36,281 nt of DNA from Acidobacteriota bacterium. Lineage in GTDB: Bacteria; Acidobacteriota; UBA6911; JACQSX01. The number at the start of each line of letters is the position of its first letter. The first letter of the stretch is position 1. Where the stretch lies: NCBI GenBank assembly GCA_036507075.1, contig DASXQR010000056.1, forward strand, positions 1 through 36,281. Direction: 5' to 3'. A model generated the notes under the pieces. That model was not told the DNA's origin. It worked only from the letters and a program-made list of their open reading frames with translations, and did no database searches. Below, one piece after another: positions 35,350 through 36,281 of the stretch. Both the position numbers and the translations under genes were made by a program.

Positions 35350-35673
35350 GCCCGTTGCCCGTAGTCAGTTGTCCGTGGTCCGTTGTTTGTGGTCCGTTGT
35401 TCGTTGTCCGTTGTCGGGCGGCACGCGAAGCGCAGAGCCACGTCCCGCAAGGGCGTGGCGGAAACCAAGAAAGTCGGCTCGCAGGCTTCTATCGCTTCTT
35501 TGGAGACGGAAGATGTCATGGAACTCTGCCAGTTAACCGGTGTCATGAAAGCTCGGTGATTGGCGCCAGCCGCCTTCTTTCGCTACCGCCACACCCTTGC
35601 GGGACGTGGCTCTGCGCTTCGCGTGCAGACGGGCGACGGACCACGGACAACGGACTACAAACAACCGTCCACG
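35350..35673. repeat. Heptamer-flanked nested element sharing a layer with 2894-3285
   Basis: (GTCCGTT/G)n / (ACGGACC/A)n outer arrays; arms 35421-35461 / 35586-35626 (40 of 41 complementary) beginning GCACGCGAAGCGCAGAGCCACGTCCCGCAA. Confidence 0.9.
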
Positions 35674-35675
35674 AC

Positions 35676-36281
35676 TCACTCTGAACTGTAGCTCACCTCT
35701 GTCTTGCGGATCTTCAGGCCGGCCAGGGCCAGCAGGACGGCTGTTACCACCAGCAGGCCGGGGATCGCAATCCAGGCGGGCGTAGGCTCGGCGATAATCT
35801 CGATGCTTCGATGAGGAATCGCTACCGGACAGAGAGATTGCAGATAGTGGATAACACTGATCTTCTTCAGCAGCGGCGGCAGCAGGAAATTGATGTTTTC
35901 CCAGCCCAGCAGGAGCGCGGCAGGGATGATGGGATTGCGGACCAGCAGACCTATCAGCAGAAAAACCGAGCCATACCCGATGCAAGCCAATGTGATCGTT
36001 CCAAGATAGGCAAACAATTGTTGAATGCCCGGGCCGTTGAAGAAAAACTCATGCGCCGACGTCCCGGCAGGAAGATAGATCAGGATGAAAGTTGCTGCGG
36101 CGCTGAAACCGAAAAGGGAAGTTGCCGCAATCAGGCCGGCCGCATATTTTCCAACGACCAGCACCTCACGCCGCACCGGCGTTAGAAAATAATAGTGGAG
36201 GGTCTTCTCCAGCACCTCGCCTCGAAACAGATTGCCGAAAATCCCCACGCAGCCGAAAAAAACGGCGAGCCGGAGCATAAA
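35676..36281 (-). CDS. ABC-2 type transporter permease (5' end outside the window)
   Basis: FRGEVLEKTLHYYFLTPVRREVLVVGKY motif; multiple TM helices. Confidence 0.85.
   Translation of the reverse strand, partial: FMLRLAVFFGCVGIFGNLFRGEVLEKTLHYYFLTPVRREVLVVGKYAAGLIAATSLFGFSAAATFILIYLPAGTSAHEFFFNGPGIQQLFAYLGTITLACIGYGSVFLLIGLLVRNPIIPAALLLGWENINFLLPPLLKKISVIHYLQSLCPVAIPHRSIEIIAEPTPAWIAIPGLLVVTAVLLALAGLKIRKTEVSYSSE

Overview
About 36 kb of high-GC bacterial chromosome; gene content and repeat style suggest a diderm such as Acidobacteriota (inference only). It has about 25 real CDSs. (1) 830-11632 (-): an Actinobacteria-like cell-wall phosphosignalling cluster with two DUF3662/FhaA-type FHA proteins, a PP2C phosphatase with an exported beta-helix, a non-RD Ser/Thr kinase with exported TPRs, a single-chain SEDS (RodA/FtsW)-class B PBP fusion and an M23 endopeptidase. 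(2) A secreted C45/Ntn hydrolase, then a (+) run of sulfatase, ketose-epimerase-like TIM barrel, Tm-1/UPF0261 protein, creatininase-family amidase and an alkyl-DHAP-synthase-like flavoprotein. (3) HAD hydrolase, ABC exporter, MFS transporter and a sugar-acid catabolic set (KGSA dehydrogenase, FAH-family dehydratase, DgoK, 2-hydroxyacid dehydrogenase). (4) A 45-aa membrane ORF missing from the ORF track, behind a sigma54-type promoter and structured leader; YqaA/DedA; nitroreductase; an osmoprotectant ABC importer; a partial ABC permease. The most striking non-coding feature is that nearly every intergenic gap holds a long palindromic element. I count about 23 loci, roughly 10% of the window. 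They are built as nested layers of several REP-like and inverted heptamer-array families around short unique cores, and they often supply the start or stop codons of neighbouring genes. No transposase, rRNA, tRNA or CRISPR array was seen.
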